IMG/VR virus record: IMGVR_UViG_3300049893_001984
Span: 1 to 64,000 of that record
DNA length: 64,000 nt
Reading direction: 5' to 3' (one strand)
Source: a virus
Shown here: positions 25,689 through 34,762 of the stretch, piece after piece
Numbering within the stretch: the stretch's first letter is position 1
Layout: every line of letters starts with the position of its first letter
Program-made: the position numbers and the translations under genes
Notes under the pieces: generated by a model
Seen by the model: only the letters and a program-made list of their open reading frames with translations
What the model was told of the DNA's origin: nothing
The model's database searches: none

Positions 25689-27308
25689 CTAAGCCCCTTC
25701 AACCAAAGGACAACCATTAAAAACTGTACCGTACAACGGATGATCGCTAGCCGTGTACGCTTGCTGCTCTTCTTCGCAGCGTATATGGGTTAGATACAAC
25801 ACAGTAAAAGCTGTGTTGCTCTTTCCATCCATGACCAGTGTTACTTTATTAACACAGCCGTACAACGGGGCTGTGCTCTTTGAGAACTTGTCACCAACCG
25901 TCATAATCTTTACAAGGCTGCCAGGTGCAATATCCGCCCTGAACCTTCCCCAAAGCCTCATTCTCCTTCCGGCGAACATTACCTCGTGAAGAATAGTTGA
26001 GGCCAGCGCATCACCAAGACCTGACTCTAAATAAGCCGTCTCTTCAGACGACTGGTCGAACGGCGGTGGTTTACCTTCCTGGGGAGTAGTAGCGTCAGGT
26101 ACGCCATCGCCTGCGTTCAAAGATACTCTACCATTGGCACCCGGAGGAATAACCCAGGAAGGGGCTGGTAGTAGCAGAAGCCTTCCCTTGCCCAACAGGT
26201 TTGAGTTTCCACCTTGGTTATAGCTAAATATACCAATAGACCTTGCGCTCTTTGCGTCACCTTGCCAAGGGCTGGCCTGGAAGTTTGGTGCGTGTAATGC
26301 GCAGGTTGTTACATACGCCAGCTCTCCACTGAACGGATTCTCTGTTCCGCCGTCTAAACTCTCATCCTGTTCAATCTCCCAGTATTCGTCGGTTCCTATT
26401 ATTTTATGTGGAGCCGCATTTAACTGCGGGCACACAGGCATCATGTGGTCTTCAGTCGCCAATGGTACATAATAGAAATGGAAAATCTGAGACAAGTACA
26501 TCATCGATCCGAACAAATTAGAGCTCTTCCAAGTAGTGTACAATATGTCACTAATGGCCGTGGCAAGAGCCCTGTTTAACATACTAGGAAACTGGCTGCC
26601 CCCGTTAAAGCTGCCCAGAGGCATGATCCTGTGAGAAGTCACGCGTTCAGATTCAAAGCGCTTAAACGCAAAAGCTGCAAACCTTTCCTCGTCCTCGTCG
26701 TATCTAGGCGTACTTCTCTCCACCATCGCCTTAATAATAAACTGTATACCGTTGTTCCATATATCAGCTTGAAAATCCAAAGTGGAGAACACGTCCTGTA
26801 CAAAATGGGAAATCTCACCATCATCACCTAAGGATATGGCCTGAGGGTAGCCGCTGTTGTAGGTCTGAACAGTTGTCATTGACTGTACGAACTGAGTACC
26901 AGCTGCTAAGCCAGCCATTACCCCCTGGCATATCACGGTTATAGTAGCGACCCCACTAGCAGACACTTTTGACGACGGCACTCGGACATACCCTTGAAAG
27001 ATGATGAACTCACCAGCCGGGAACCCCAAGTTAGTGCCAGGGGGTGACTTCAACCCATCTCCAGACAAAGTAACCTTGGCTAGTATGTCCACAGCCGTAA
27101 ACGGCTTTAGCTTAGCGAGCAGGTCGTTAGCCTTTGACTCTTTATTTGTTAGGGCGTCTCTTCCCACAGCTATCTGAATAATGGCCTGAGGAATAGCGTT
27201 AAGTTGATAATCAACCTCAAACGAGGTAAGAGGCATCTTCACGCCATCAACAAGTGCGTAAGCCTCAAGGTGGTAGGCATACATGTTTATAAGGTTACTT
27301 GCCCCCAT
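25689..27308 (-). CDS. baseplate hub protein (gp27/gpD-like)
   Basis: N-terminal LTSFEVDYQLNAIPQAIIQIAVG and C-terminal GRFRADIAPGSLVKI...VNKVTLVMD; size and position. Confidence 0.6.
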   Translation of the reverse strand: MGASNLINMYAYHLEAYALVDGVKMPLTSFEVDYQLNAIPQAIIQIAVGRDALTNKESKANDLLAKLKPFTAVDILAKVTLSGDGLKSPPGTNLGFPAGEFIIFQGYVRVPSSKVSASGVATITVICQGVMAGLAAGTQFVQSMTTVQTYNSGYPQAISLGDDGEISHFVQDVFSTLDFQADIWNNGIQFIIKAMVERSTPRYDEDEERFAAFAFKRFESERVTSHRIMPLGSFNGGSQFPSMLNRALATAISDILYTTWKSSNLFGSMMYLSQIFHFYYVPLATEDHMMPVCPQLNAAPHKIIGTDEYWEIEQDESLDGGTENPFSGELAYVTTCALHAPNFQASPWQGDAKSARSIGIFSYNQGGNSNLLGKGRLLLLPAPSWVIPPGANGRVSLNAGDGVPDATTPQEGKPPPFDQSSEETAYLESGLGDALASTILHEVMFAGRRMRLWGRFRADIAPGSLVKIMTVGDKFSKSTAPLYGCVNKVTLVMDGKSNTAFTVLYLTHIRCEEEQQAYTASDHPLYGTVFNGCPLVEGA

Positions 27309-28098
27309 GTGCCCTTACCTCCTCTATTTTAAGTCCAACAGCAGCCACAAAAGAACCAAGCTTGTACTGGATCAACGCGTTCTCAAGCCACATCCTTTTC
27401 AGGGTGGGGAAAGGTTCTTCTCCGTCAAACAAAGCGTCTACCGCATTTTCTGTCATGTGGAACTGTATATTGTTCACAACCTGGTTTAGGTCATCACTTG
27501 GAAGAGTGAATGTTTCAACCTTCCATGTAGCACCAGGAGTTAGTGCGCCTGCACCTACGTAAACTCCAAAGTCCTTGAATCCAGCCAGGGGCGCGAACGA
27601 GCTTATACCGTTGGAGAACGTAAGACTGGTTGACACGCCATAAGTTTCGTTAGCTAGAACCGTTTCCAAGGTTGAGGCATCAATGGCTTTGACTATCCAG
27701 TTGTGAAAAATGCGCAGTGTCTCGTTTGGGTTTGGCATGGGTCCGAGGTTATAAAGCGTAACACCTGAAGCCTGTACGTTAGTAGGGGTAGAAATAAAAT
27801 AATCACGACTAGCCACGTGGTTGTGGCGATCCAAGTAGGTCACACGCGGATCCAGTCCTGTGGCGATCAGCCCAAGCTCAGTGGAGTGTATAAGCTTTAG
27901 GTACTGGTTAACTCTAAACCGGGCGAAGGCGTAATCAGACCCGTCCCCAAACAGTATCTTATGCGAAGCTAAAATGAAACGAGGGAGCTCAAGCGCCACG
28001 TATTCTGGGTCAGTGTATTCCATCATGAAACCATTGGGGTTTCCGGCATAGATGGAACCGCTCTGGTTTAACAGCAATGTTCGTAGATGGTTTATCAC
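27295..28098 (-). CDS. hypothetical structural protein
   Basis: 267-aa ORF in baseplate module. Confidence 0.7.
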   Translation of the reverse strand: MINHLRTLLLNQSGSIYAGNPNGFMMEYTDPEYVALELPRFILASHKILFGDGSDYAFARFRVNQYLKLIHSTELGLIATGLDPRVTYLDRHNHVASRDYFISTPTNVQASGVTLYNLGPMPNPNETLRIFHNWIVKAIDASTLETVLANETYGVSTSLTFSNGISSFAPLAGFKDFGVYVGAGALTPGATWKVETFTLPSDDLNQVVNNIQFHMTENAVDALFDGEEPFPTLKRMWLENALIQYKLGSFVAAVGLKIEEVRAHGGK

Positions 28099-28104
28099 AG
28101 TGGT

Positions 28105-28563
28105 TTAATCCTCGTTAGGAAGAGCAGAAATAGTCAATGAGAAGTTACTGGTAAGAGTTCCAGGATCGTCTCCAGTTGAATTTGCAAATAGCTCCAATCC
28201 TGTCAGATACCCATTGATAAGCTTGTCTGCCACAAAAACAGTAATAAGCACATTACGTTTGGATAAACGATTTGACTTGTAATAGTTTAAGACATCCTGC
28301 ATGCCGGATGCGCCACCTTCGCAGGTGGCTAAAAGGATCATGCCTTTGACCCTGACTTGTCCTATGTTGTCACCAAACACATAAACGTAAACAGAACCTT
28401 GCAGTGAGTTCTGAAACGACTGACGTGTGCTCTGTAAATAGTCAACGCCAGTGATAAGGGCTCCCCTTGGCTCGAAGCCTTCCAACGCAACACGACCCGG
28501 TATGGCCTTCTCTTCTTTGAAGGTAGCTACTGTACCTGGTGTTGATTTAAATATGTTAGGCAT
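28105..28563 (-). CDS. tail tube initiator / tube-fold baseplate protein
   Basis: GSVYVYVFGDNIGQVRVKG and FSLTISAL resemble tube-fold strands; 152 aa. Confidence 0.55.
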   Translation of the reverse strand: MPNIFKSTPGTVATFKEEKAIPGRVALEGFEPRGALITGVDYLQSTRQSFQNSLQGSVYVYVFGDNIGQVRVKGMILLATCEGGASGMQDVLNYYKSNRLSKRNVLITVFVADKLINGYLTGLELFANSTGDDPGTLTSNFSLTISALPNED

Positions 28564-28571
28564 GGTTACCC

Positions 28572-30407
28572 CTACGTCTTCTTCATAGAAACGCCGTCAA
28601 ACTTTAAAGCAGGACCGCCGCCCTCTTGAACAACGCGCACAGTACCCTGCATTTCAACCCTTTCTGACTTGGAGTGCGATGATCCGACAGGATCACCACC
28701 TGAACCTCCCTTCATGGGGGTTACGCCAGGAGAACTCACAGTACCCATTGATCTCGAAAGACTACCTTCGGACCTTCTGGCAGCAGGGGTCGCAGCTGGC
28801 GACTCTGCCTCACTATAAACATCTCTTGGGGTACTACCTCTTATCTTAGACATAAGACCTTCCAAGTGCTGCTCATCGTTATTGGCTTGCATATTCTTTA
28901 GCGATGATTCGAATCCGCTGGAACCTGCCCCGACGAGGGAGGAGGTGGAGTGACTGTTAGACCCTTTGGCACTTGCGACGGCGGCGGACGCGGTATACGT
29001 CTTCGAGTCCATTCTGGGGGTATGCACGACGCCACCGTTAGAACGAACCCTATCAGCGACAGAAAAACCATGAACCCCCAGTCGTCTATCTCCTCTCTTG
29101 AAAACACTTTTGCCCCCTCTATTCGCCGCTCTATTGCCTGCTTGTGTCACACGCTCGCGCAGCTCCTCGTGAATTGCCTTTGTTCTATTGTTGTGTTGAT
29201 TAACAATAGAAGCATAGAGAGGTGTGTTGAACAGTTGGGAAGCGTTGGATTCACCACCAGCCGCCTTGTTGAGCATAGCGTTTACTTTCTCAGGAGGTAT
29301 ATCCGCTATCTCCCTAAGCCTTCCTTCTTTTACGGCCTGAGCCATTCCGTAAAGCTCATTATCCTTTTCCAGCTTCCCCGCATCCATTAGCTCGGCTGCC
29401 CTTGATATCTGGGCAAGACGTGCAGGAGCTGGTAGCAGTTCAGGCTGGTTAGAGGCGTGGCCTGACATTACCTGCATATAAGCTTCTCTGTCAGCTACGC
29501 TTATAAGCGGGTAATTACGCATATCACCCTCTTTGTGTTGGAAGGATGACGTGTCAACCCTAGGGGCAGATGCAATAGCTGGACTTCTAACTGTTGTGTC
29601 GACAAAAGAGCGCATAGGCTTAGGGTCTACTGACAGTGGTTTGGGGTAAACACCTGCGCTTGAAACGGAGTTAACCTGGCGCTCAACCTTTTCTTGGCCT
29701 GGCTTATTAATTCCAGCATGTTCCTCACCACTGTCTTTCGGAGACTCTAGCTGTGCTGCTGGCGCAGACACACCAGATTCAGTAACAGAAACTTGATTCT
29801 TAGCTGGTTCAACCTTTTGTGTAGGCAACGTAACATCCGGCACCTTAGGGGCTGTGCTTGCCATGTCTTTATTAATGCTTTTATGCAGTTCTGTATCCTG
29901 AACCTTTTTGGATAAGAATTCTGTAAAGCTTTTTGAATCAATTTTGTTTTGAGTTACCTGTCCCTTACCACTTGTGTAGATATGACGATCGCTTAAAGCC
30001 TGGCTAGTCTTTAGCGACCCTTCTATCTTTGCTGTATCGGTTTTAGGAGCATAAACTTTTTCAGCTTTTTGTTCACTGTGTGGCTGTTTGACAGTACCAG
30101 ACACATGCTCACTCGCCTTATACGCTTGTTCCGCTGAAGTTATCTCAGGTGCGCTTGCCAAAGAAGAAGACCACTCCCTGTATGGAATGGCAATTGTGTC
30201 TCCTTTGTAAAACTTGTCCTGGATAACGTTATTAACCTTTTCCTTAACCAGCGCGGTTGTATCAGCTTTTACTTTCGAAAGGCCATCAACACGTCTGCTA
30301 AGGTCAAGCAGCATCTTGCGGAATGTTTTAAACGGATGTTCTTGTTTAGCCCCGCCAGGGTGTGCTCCAGAAGAAGAAGGTATTTCTCTGTTCTTATTAG
30401 ACATCAC
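28572..30407 (-). CDS. large low-complexity hypothetical protein (Ser/Lys/Pro-rich)
   Basis: 611-aa ORF in tail module; no recognisable motif. Confidence 0.7.
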   Translation of the reverse strand: MMSNKNREIPSSSGAHPGGAKQEHPFKTFRKMLLDLSRRVDGLSKVKADTTALVKEKVNNVIQDKFYKGDTIAIPYREWSSSLASAPEITSAEQAYKASEHVSGTVKQPHSEQKAEKVYAPKTDTAKIEGSLKTSQALSDRHIYTSGKGQVTQNKIDSKSFTEFLSKKVQDTELHKSINKDMASTAPKVPDVTLPTQKVEPAKNQVSVTESGVSAPAAQLESPKDSGEEHAGINKPGQEKVERQVNSVSSAGVYPKPLSVDPKPMRSFVDTTVRSPAIASAPRVDTSSFQHKEGDMRNYPLISVADREAYMQVMSGHASNQPELLPAPARLAQISRAAELMDAGKLEKDNELYGMAQAVKEGRLREIADIPPEKVNAMLNKAAGGESNASQLFNTPLYASIVNQHNNRTKAIHEELRERVTQAGNRAANRGGKSVFKRGDRRLGVHGFSVADRVRSNGGVVHTPRMDSKTYTASAAVASAKGSNSHSTSSLVGAGSSGFESSLKNMQANNDEQHLEGLMSKIRGSTPRDVYSEAESPAATPAARRSEGSLSRSMGTVSSPGVTPMKGGSGGDPVGSSHSKSERVEMQGTVRVVQEGGGPALKFDGVSMKKT

Positions 30408-30871
30408 TATCTCCTTTTCTTCTTAAACCCACCCTTTTTAAGCTGGTTCAATTCTTTAACGGCTGTGTCAATATCGCCTCCACCCATAGCCTGGGCTCGG
30501 TAATCATTGATCCTTTTCCGTTCTTCCCTCAACCATTTTGCATACTCAGGGTTCTTCTCGGCTTCCTTGAACCTTTTCCATAGCTCTGCCAAGGACCTTT
30601 CGTCGGGTTTCGTCCATTGTTTATACCAAGGTAGGGTCAGCTTTCCTATGGCCTTGAATGTTTTACTGGCCTCTTTACGGTGGAACTCAAACTGCTTACC
30701 CTGTTCGTCCCAAGCAGTTAGCTGGGCTGCAGAACAATGCCACTGGTGAGCCAGCGCATTAAGCTGGCTAGCCCTCTCATCTTCTATGGCGCTTAGCACC
30801 CATTCCTCTTTAAGCAGGAAACGAACATCGTGTACTGGTGCATTCCGGTAGTCCAATGCACCTCGTTTCAC
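30407..30871 (-). CDS. hypothetical tail-module protein
   Basis: 154 aa, helical and basic. Confidence 0.7.
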   Translation of the reverse strand: MKRGALDYRNAPVHDVRFLLKEEWVLSAIEDERASQLNALAHQWHCSAAQLTAWDEQGKQFEFHRKEASKTFKAIGKLTLPWYKQWTKPDERSLAELWKRFKEAEKNPEYAKWLREERKRINDYRAQAMGGGDIDTAVKELNQLKKGGFKKKRR

Positions 30872-30882
30872 CGCCTCAACTG

Positions 30883-31509
30883 CTAAGCAACTCCACCGGT
30901 CTTCCAGAAATTTGGTTCTTGTGCCTTTTGAATCATAGTGGAGACAAGCTGCTCAAAACACCTGTTGGCGTCCAACAGTGCCGCAAACAAAGGCTTGTTA
31001 ACCGATAACTGTTTAACACGATCCTTTAGGCTGGATGGGACCGGATGCGTTGTCCTGTCTTTGCCTGCCTTTACCTCGCGCACGTTAGCCGCTGTCTTGT
31101 ACCGGTTAAGCCAGTCCAACCATTCAATCTCACTCAACTCACACGTGCTAAAGTCATTTTCAAGCTGAGCGTACAGCTGTTCGTCTAGTTCCGCATTACG
31201 ATCTACGAACAAGACCTCCACCTGGCCAAAAAGAACGTATTTCTTAGAGAACTCAGATCCACTTAGAACTGAGCGTATAAAGGCTTTCTTGTCTTCGTCC
31301 GTTGCCTCAGCGTATTCTGCTAGTTCCTGGCTAGTCATCCCAGGCAAAGGCGTAGGTGTTGCTCTAGCCTTTTCGCTGCCTTTGGTTTCAACCTCTGGCT
31401 CCTCTAGAACATCGGAGTCGGGGTTATCTCTTAGACCTTCGTACAAAGCTCTTCTTTCAGGGTCCAAAGAACTAACAGGAACTGGTTTTGGTACCTTCGG
31501 GTTTTCCAC
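30883..31509 (-). CDS. hypothetical protein, possible tail assembly chaperone
   Basis: 208 aa, acidic; position in tail module; function by inference only. Confidence 0.55.
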   Translation of the reverse strand: MENPKVPKPVPVSSLDPERRALYEGLRDNPDSDVLEEPEVETKGSEKARATPTPLPGMTSQELAEYAEATDEDKKAFIRSVLSGSEFSKKYVLFGQVEVLFVDRNAELDEQLYAQLENDFSTCELSEIEWLDWLNRYKTAANVREVKAGKDRTTHPVPSSLKDRVKQLSVNKPLFAALLDANRCFEQLVSTMIQKAQEPNFWKTGGVA

Positions 31510-31514
31510 CTTGC

Positions 31515-34118
31515 TTACTCCTGAACGTTGACAATGTACCCACTACTAAGTGTAGTCGGCTGCTCCGAGCTTCCTTGCGATGTAACCTGATCGTGCCCCT
31601 TGGCTATGCCTTGTACGTCATCGTGGTTAACGCTGTTGTCTATCTTCTTATACGCGCTCCACGACTTCCAAGCATCCTTACCAGGCCAAGGTAAAGTATC
31701 TCCGCCACTACCCGGCGCTTCAACCACAGGTTCATCCCACGGTATTCCACCTGCGTTACGGAGTAGTTGCTGCCATCTTGTTTCAAACAACGCGAACGAG
31801 GCCTGATCGAGCTTCAAGTCTTTAACTGTATCTCTGAACGAGAACCCAATTGACTTAAGGAACTCAGAGTTACCAGGGCTTTGCTCGCTGTTTTCAAACA
31901 GATCCTGTTTTATCACGCCGTTAGCCGTAGACGTGGTTTCAATTATGGTTGTTATCTGCGCTCCGATCGTTGAAGCGTCAGGCTCTATGGGTATGGGGTT
32001 GTTAAGGTCTCCAACAAAAGGAGCGCCATCAATTGATGCAAATCCTTTGTTTGTGAGGATATTACCATCAGCCAGTACTGACTTATGGCAAATAAGCTCT
32101 CCGCCAACGATCAGGTTGGCTTCATTAGCACCAGTAGGAGCAATAACAACCGACCCGCCTACTAACATCCCTGTTGACACGACCGTATTGGACTCGCTCA
32201 TCTGAATTAGGCGCTGTTCACCTGTACCACCAGAACTCAAGACTGTGAACGCTCCACCTTCCAGGGCATTTATGATGTTGTCACCGCGAACGTAACACAC
32301 GCCCTGTTCACCGGCGTCTATGGTAACTGGGTTACTACCAGTCATACCACCGGTCCCCAGGTAAGCCCCCTTACCATAAAGGTACAAAGGCGCCTTCTCG
32401 CTCTTCAGAACAATACCCGATGCGTTCGCCTGCTCACCAGGCTGGGCCCAGTTACTAGCAGCTATACCACCTTCTGACCTGGACTCTAGGAGAATGCCGC
32501 CGTCCTTCTTGTTGTTACCCGCGAGGCAGTGCAGATTCTTTTCGGCTTTAATGCGCACGTCACTCTTAGCAGCGGAGATATCAACCGCGTGACCAGCTCT
32601 AACGACAGCGTCAAACGGAGCCAGGGTTATGCAGGATCTTCCTGGTTGCATAATTACATCGCCGACGCAGGACAGATGGATGTTTCCGCCTTTCATGGCT
32701 ATCTGTGATCCGTACCCGTCTTCGATCACAATAGAGCCGTCGTCGAACTGTTTAATAAGAGACCTGCTTTGATAGTAACGTACGGAGTGACCTTGCCGTT
32801 GGTCCACCACAAGAGTAGCAAAATCCGGTAGGCTAGCTATAAACTTGTGACCTATGTTTATAGAAGATGGGTTGACTTGCCCACGACTACCCAGGTCAGT
32901 CAGCTCATTCTCATTGGGCACATACCAGTCATTCTCGTGTTCTACAAGCCCACGCATGTAGTACTTGTTATTCAGGTAAGCATGGTAGTCTGGCCATTGG
33001 GCAGTTCTATGCCCAGGATCGTTATCACTTGCCCAAGTGAACTCAGGCATATCGTGAGCTTGCCCGGATCCAAGTTGCCCAGCTGCCTTGTAGTTAGGGG
33101 ATTCACCCGCAGAGGAATCGCCCTCTGGATCGCTAGGCCCCTTCAGCTCCTTGGGTACAGGTATTCGTATATACTTTTCGAAACTGATCTCTTTAGCCGA
33201 ACGAATTGAATAAGCCCCGTTTATGTGCTTAACAATTTCCATAAGGCCAATGTACTTATCGCGGTCACTGTGCTTAGCCGTTGTCAGACTGCTGGGAGGA
33301 GCACATATAAACTCGTGCTCTATGTCTCCGAGGTAACCACCCAGCTTAAGGTGGCGGAAGATCATTGTCTGATCATCTTCCTTTGGTTCAAAGGGAGCTT
33401 CCTCGCTGCCCAGCTTAAGCACGCCATTCAATGATTTTGTGGCATTACCTGTTGAGGTGGATATACCCAACGCTTCCCATAGGAACGGCGTGGAACGCTC
33501 AACCACCCTATACTCACCCTCGTCAGCATGATGGTGGTACTCTCCACCGGCTGTGTGGGTCTCCAGATTATACCCTGTTATACGGGTAAGATCGTCACCC
33601 CAGAAGCACTCTAGTTTTGAACCGTCCGATGCTTTAAGCGTTGCCATAATTCGGCCGATAAAAAGCATAAGGCCAAGATCATTAGCAACGCCCCAGTCTC
33701 CAGGAATAATGTCAGCTGGTCTTCCAGCCGAGTGATTGGAGATGATTGACTTCTCACTAACAAAAGGTTTGAAGTGCATTGGATCTTCGTGGATACCAAC
33801 ACGCGATCTGAGCACCACCGATTCAGGAAGTATCATCCTTGGGTCAAACATGTTATGGGTGGCTGGTCCCATAATAAGTGCGTAAGTAAGACCTGGGATG
33901 AAGGCAAGAAGCACACGTGTTTTGATTGCGTACTGACCGGCTGGTCTGGCACCTAGAGGTACATTCCCACCTGACAACATATCAACCCCCAAGCAAGGAG
34001 GTCCGCCAGGTATATGCACTATGTAGGCACCAGTATGGGCGAATGAGTCTTCGATCGTTCCAAGTGAGAGCCTAAATTCCGTGATTGGATCTTTGTTGTA
34101 ATCTGAATCGCTGCTCAT
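31515..34118 (-). CDS. baseplate central spike, gp5/VgrG-like
   Basis: N-terminal OB-like segment and beta-helix repeats SLIKQFDDGSIVIEDGYGSQIAMKGGNIHLSCVGDVIMQPG. Confidence 0.7.
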   Translation of the reverse strand: MSSDSDYNKDPITEFRLSLGTIEDSFAHTGAYIVHIPGGPPCLGVDMLSGGNVPLGARPAGQYAIKTRVLLAFIPGLTYALIMGPATHNMFDPRMILPESVVLRSRVGIHEDPMHFKPFVSEKSIISNHSAGRPADIIPGDWGVANDLGLMLFIGRIMATLKASDGSKLECFWGDDLTRITGYNLETHTAGGEYHHHADEGEYRVVERSTPFLWEALGISTSTGNATKSLNGVLKLGSEEAPFEPKEDDQTMIFRHLKLGGYLGDIEHEFICAPPSSLTTAKHSDRDKYIGLMEIVKHINGAYSIRSAKEISFEKYIRIPVPKELKGPSDPEGDSSAGESPNYKAAGQLGSGQAHDMPEFTWASDNDPGHRTAQWPDYHAYLNNKYYMRGLVEHENDWYVPNENELTDLGSRGQVNPSSINIGHKFIASLPDFATLVVDQRQGHSVRYYQSRSLIKQFDDGSIVIEDGYGSQIAMKGGNIHLSCVGDVIMQPGRSCITLAPFDAVVRAGHAVDISAAKSDVRIKAEKNLHCLAGNNKKDGGILLESRSEGGIAASNWAQPGEQANASGIVLKSEKAPLYLYGKGAYLGTGGMTGSNPVTIDAGEQGVCYVRGDNIINALEGGAFTVLSSGGTGEQRLIQMSESNTVVSTGMLVGGSVVIAPTGANEANLIVGGELICHKSVLADGNILTNKGFASIDGAPFVGDLNNPIPIEPDASTIGAQITTIIETTSTANGVIKQDLFENSEQSPGNSEFLKSIGFSFRDTVKDLKLDQASFALFETRWQQLLRNAGGIPWDEPVVEAPGSGGDTLPWPGKDAWKSWSAYKKIDNSVNHDDVQGIAKGHDQVTSQGSSEQPTTLSSGYIVNVQE

Positions 34119-34139
34119 TTGTACCTCGCACTAATGGAA

Positions 34140-34176
34140 AGAACCTCGGTGCATTGCTTTCAGCAACCGAGGTTCT
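34140..34176 (-). terminator. intrinsic terminator after tail tube gene
   Basis: AGAACCTCGGT...ACCGAGGTTCT stem followed by TTCC on minus strand. Confidence 0.65.
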
Positions 34177-34234
34177 ACCACAGCCTATGTATTACGGTAC
34201 ATCGTTTTCAGTACCGGGCCTTGCCTATCCTAAA

Positions 34235-34684
34235 TTACAGGTCAAGGCGTGCAAACATAATGGACAGATCCTCGTTGATAATCATGTCCTGGGCCGCAAC
34301 CACATAGGTAATGCTGTTAATAACCACACCGGAAGCCTTCAAGCTACCAACGCTCTGGCCAGTCGTACAACCAGCGGTGAAGTCCAGCGTCATGGTGTTG
34401 CCCTTCATATTACACACATCAGCGTACTTCTGAATAAACTCGCTGCTGATGCCTTTGTTACCGACAATACGCTTGATGGACATCGTACCAGCTGTTCTAC
34501 CTGCAATGAAGAACGTCTTGGCCGAGCCAACTTCGTAAACACGATTAATGTTCTGGGTGTAGGTGATGGTGACATTCTGCACCATGAGGTCTGCATTGCC
34601 TGTTCCACCTATGAGAAGTCGAGTGGAGTCAGCTGCAAGCGGATCACCAATATCTACCTCTCGTTTAAAGATGTCTCTGGCCAT
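34235..34684 (-). CDS. tail tube protein
   Basis: 149 aa directly after sheath; VQNVTITYTQNINRVYEVGS...GRTAGTMSIKRIVG tube-fold pattern. Confidence 0.85.
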   Translation of the reverse strand: MARDIFKREVDIGDPLAADSTRLLIGGTGNADLMVQNVTITYTQNINRVYEVGSAKTFFIAGRTAGTMSIKRIVGNKGISSEFIQKYADVCNMKGNTMTLDFTAGCTTGQSVGSLKASGVVINSITYVVAAQDMIINEDLSIMFARLDL

Positions 34685-34762
34685 ATCTATTCTCCTTTTT
34701 AGCTATTTATTAGTTGAGTGGGCCGCATAAGGTACGGCCCACTCCAATATAGTTTGTTTGGT

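Noticed and set aside
27295-28098. MINHLRTLLLN as another copy of the N-terminal tag
   Set aside because: Only NHL matches; lacks Tyr, Ile-Lys and the K-x-A end.
28572-30407. Tape measure protein call
   Set aside because: Pro/Ser-rich and not the Ala/Gly/Leu amphipathic helical pattern expected; no upstream chaperone frameshift site recognised.
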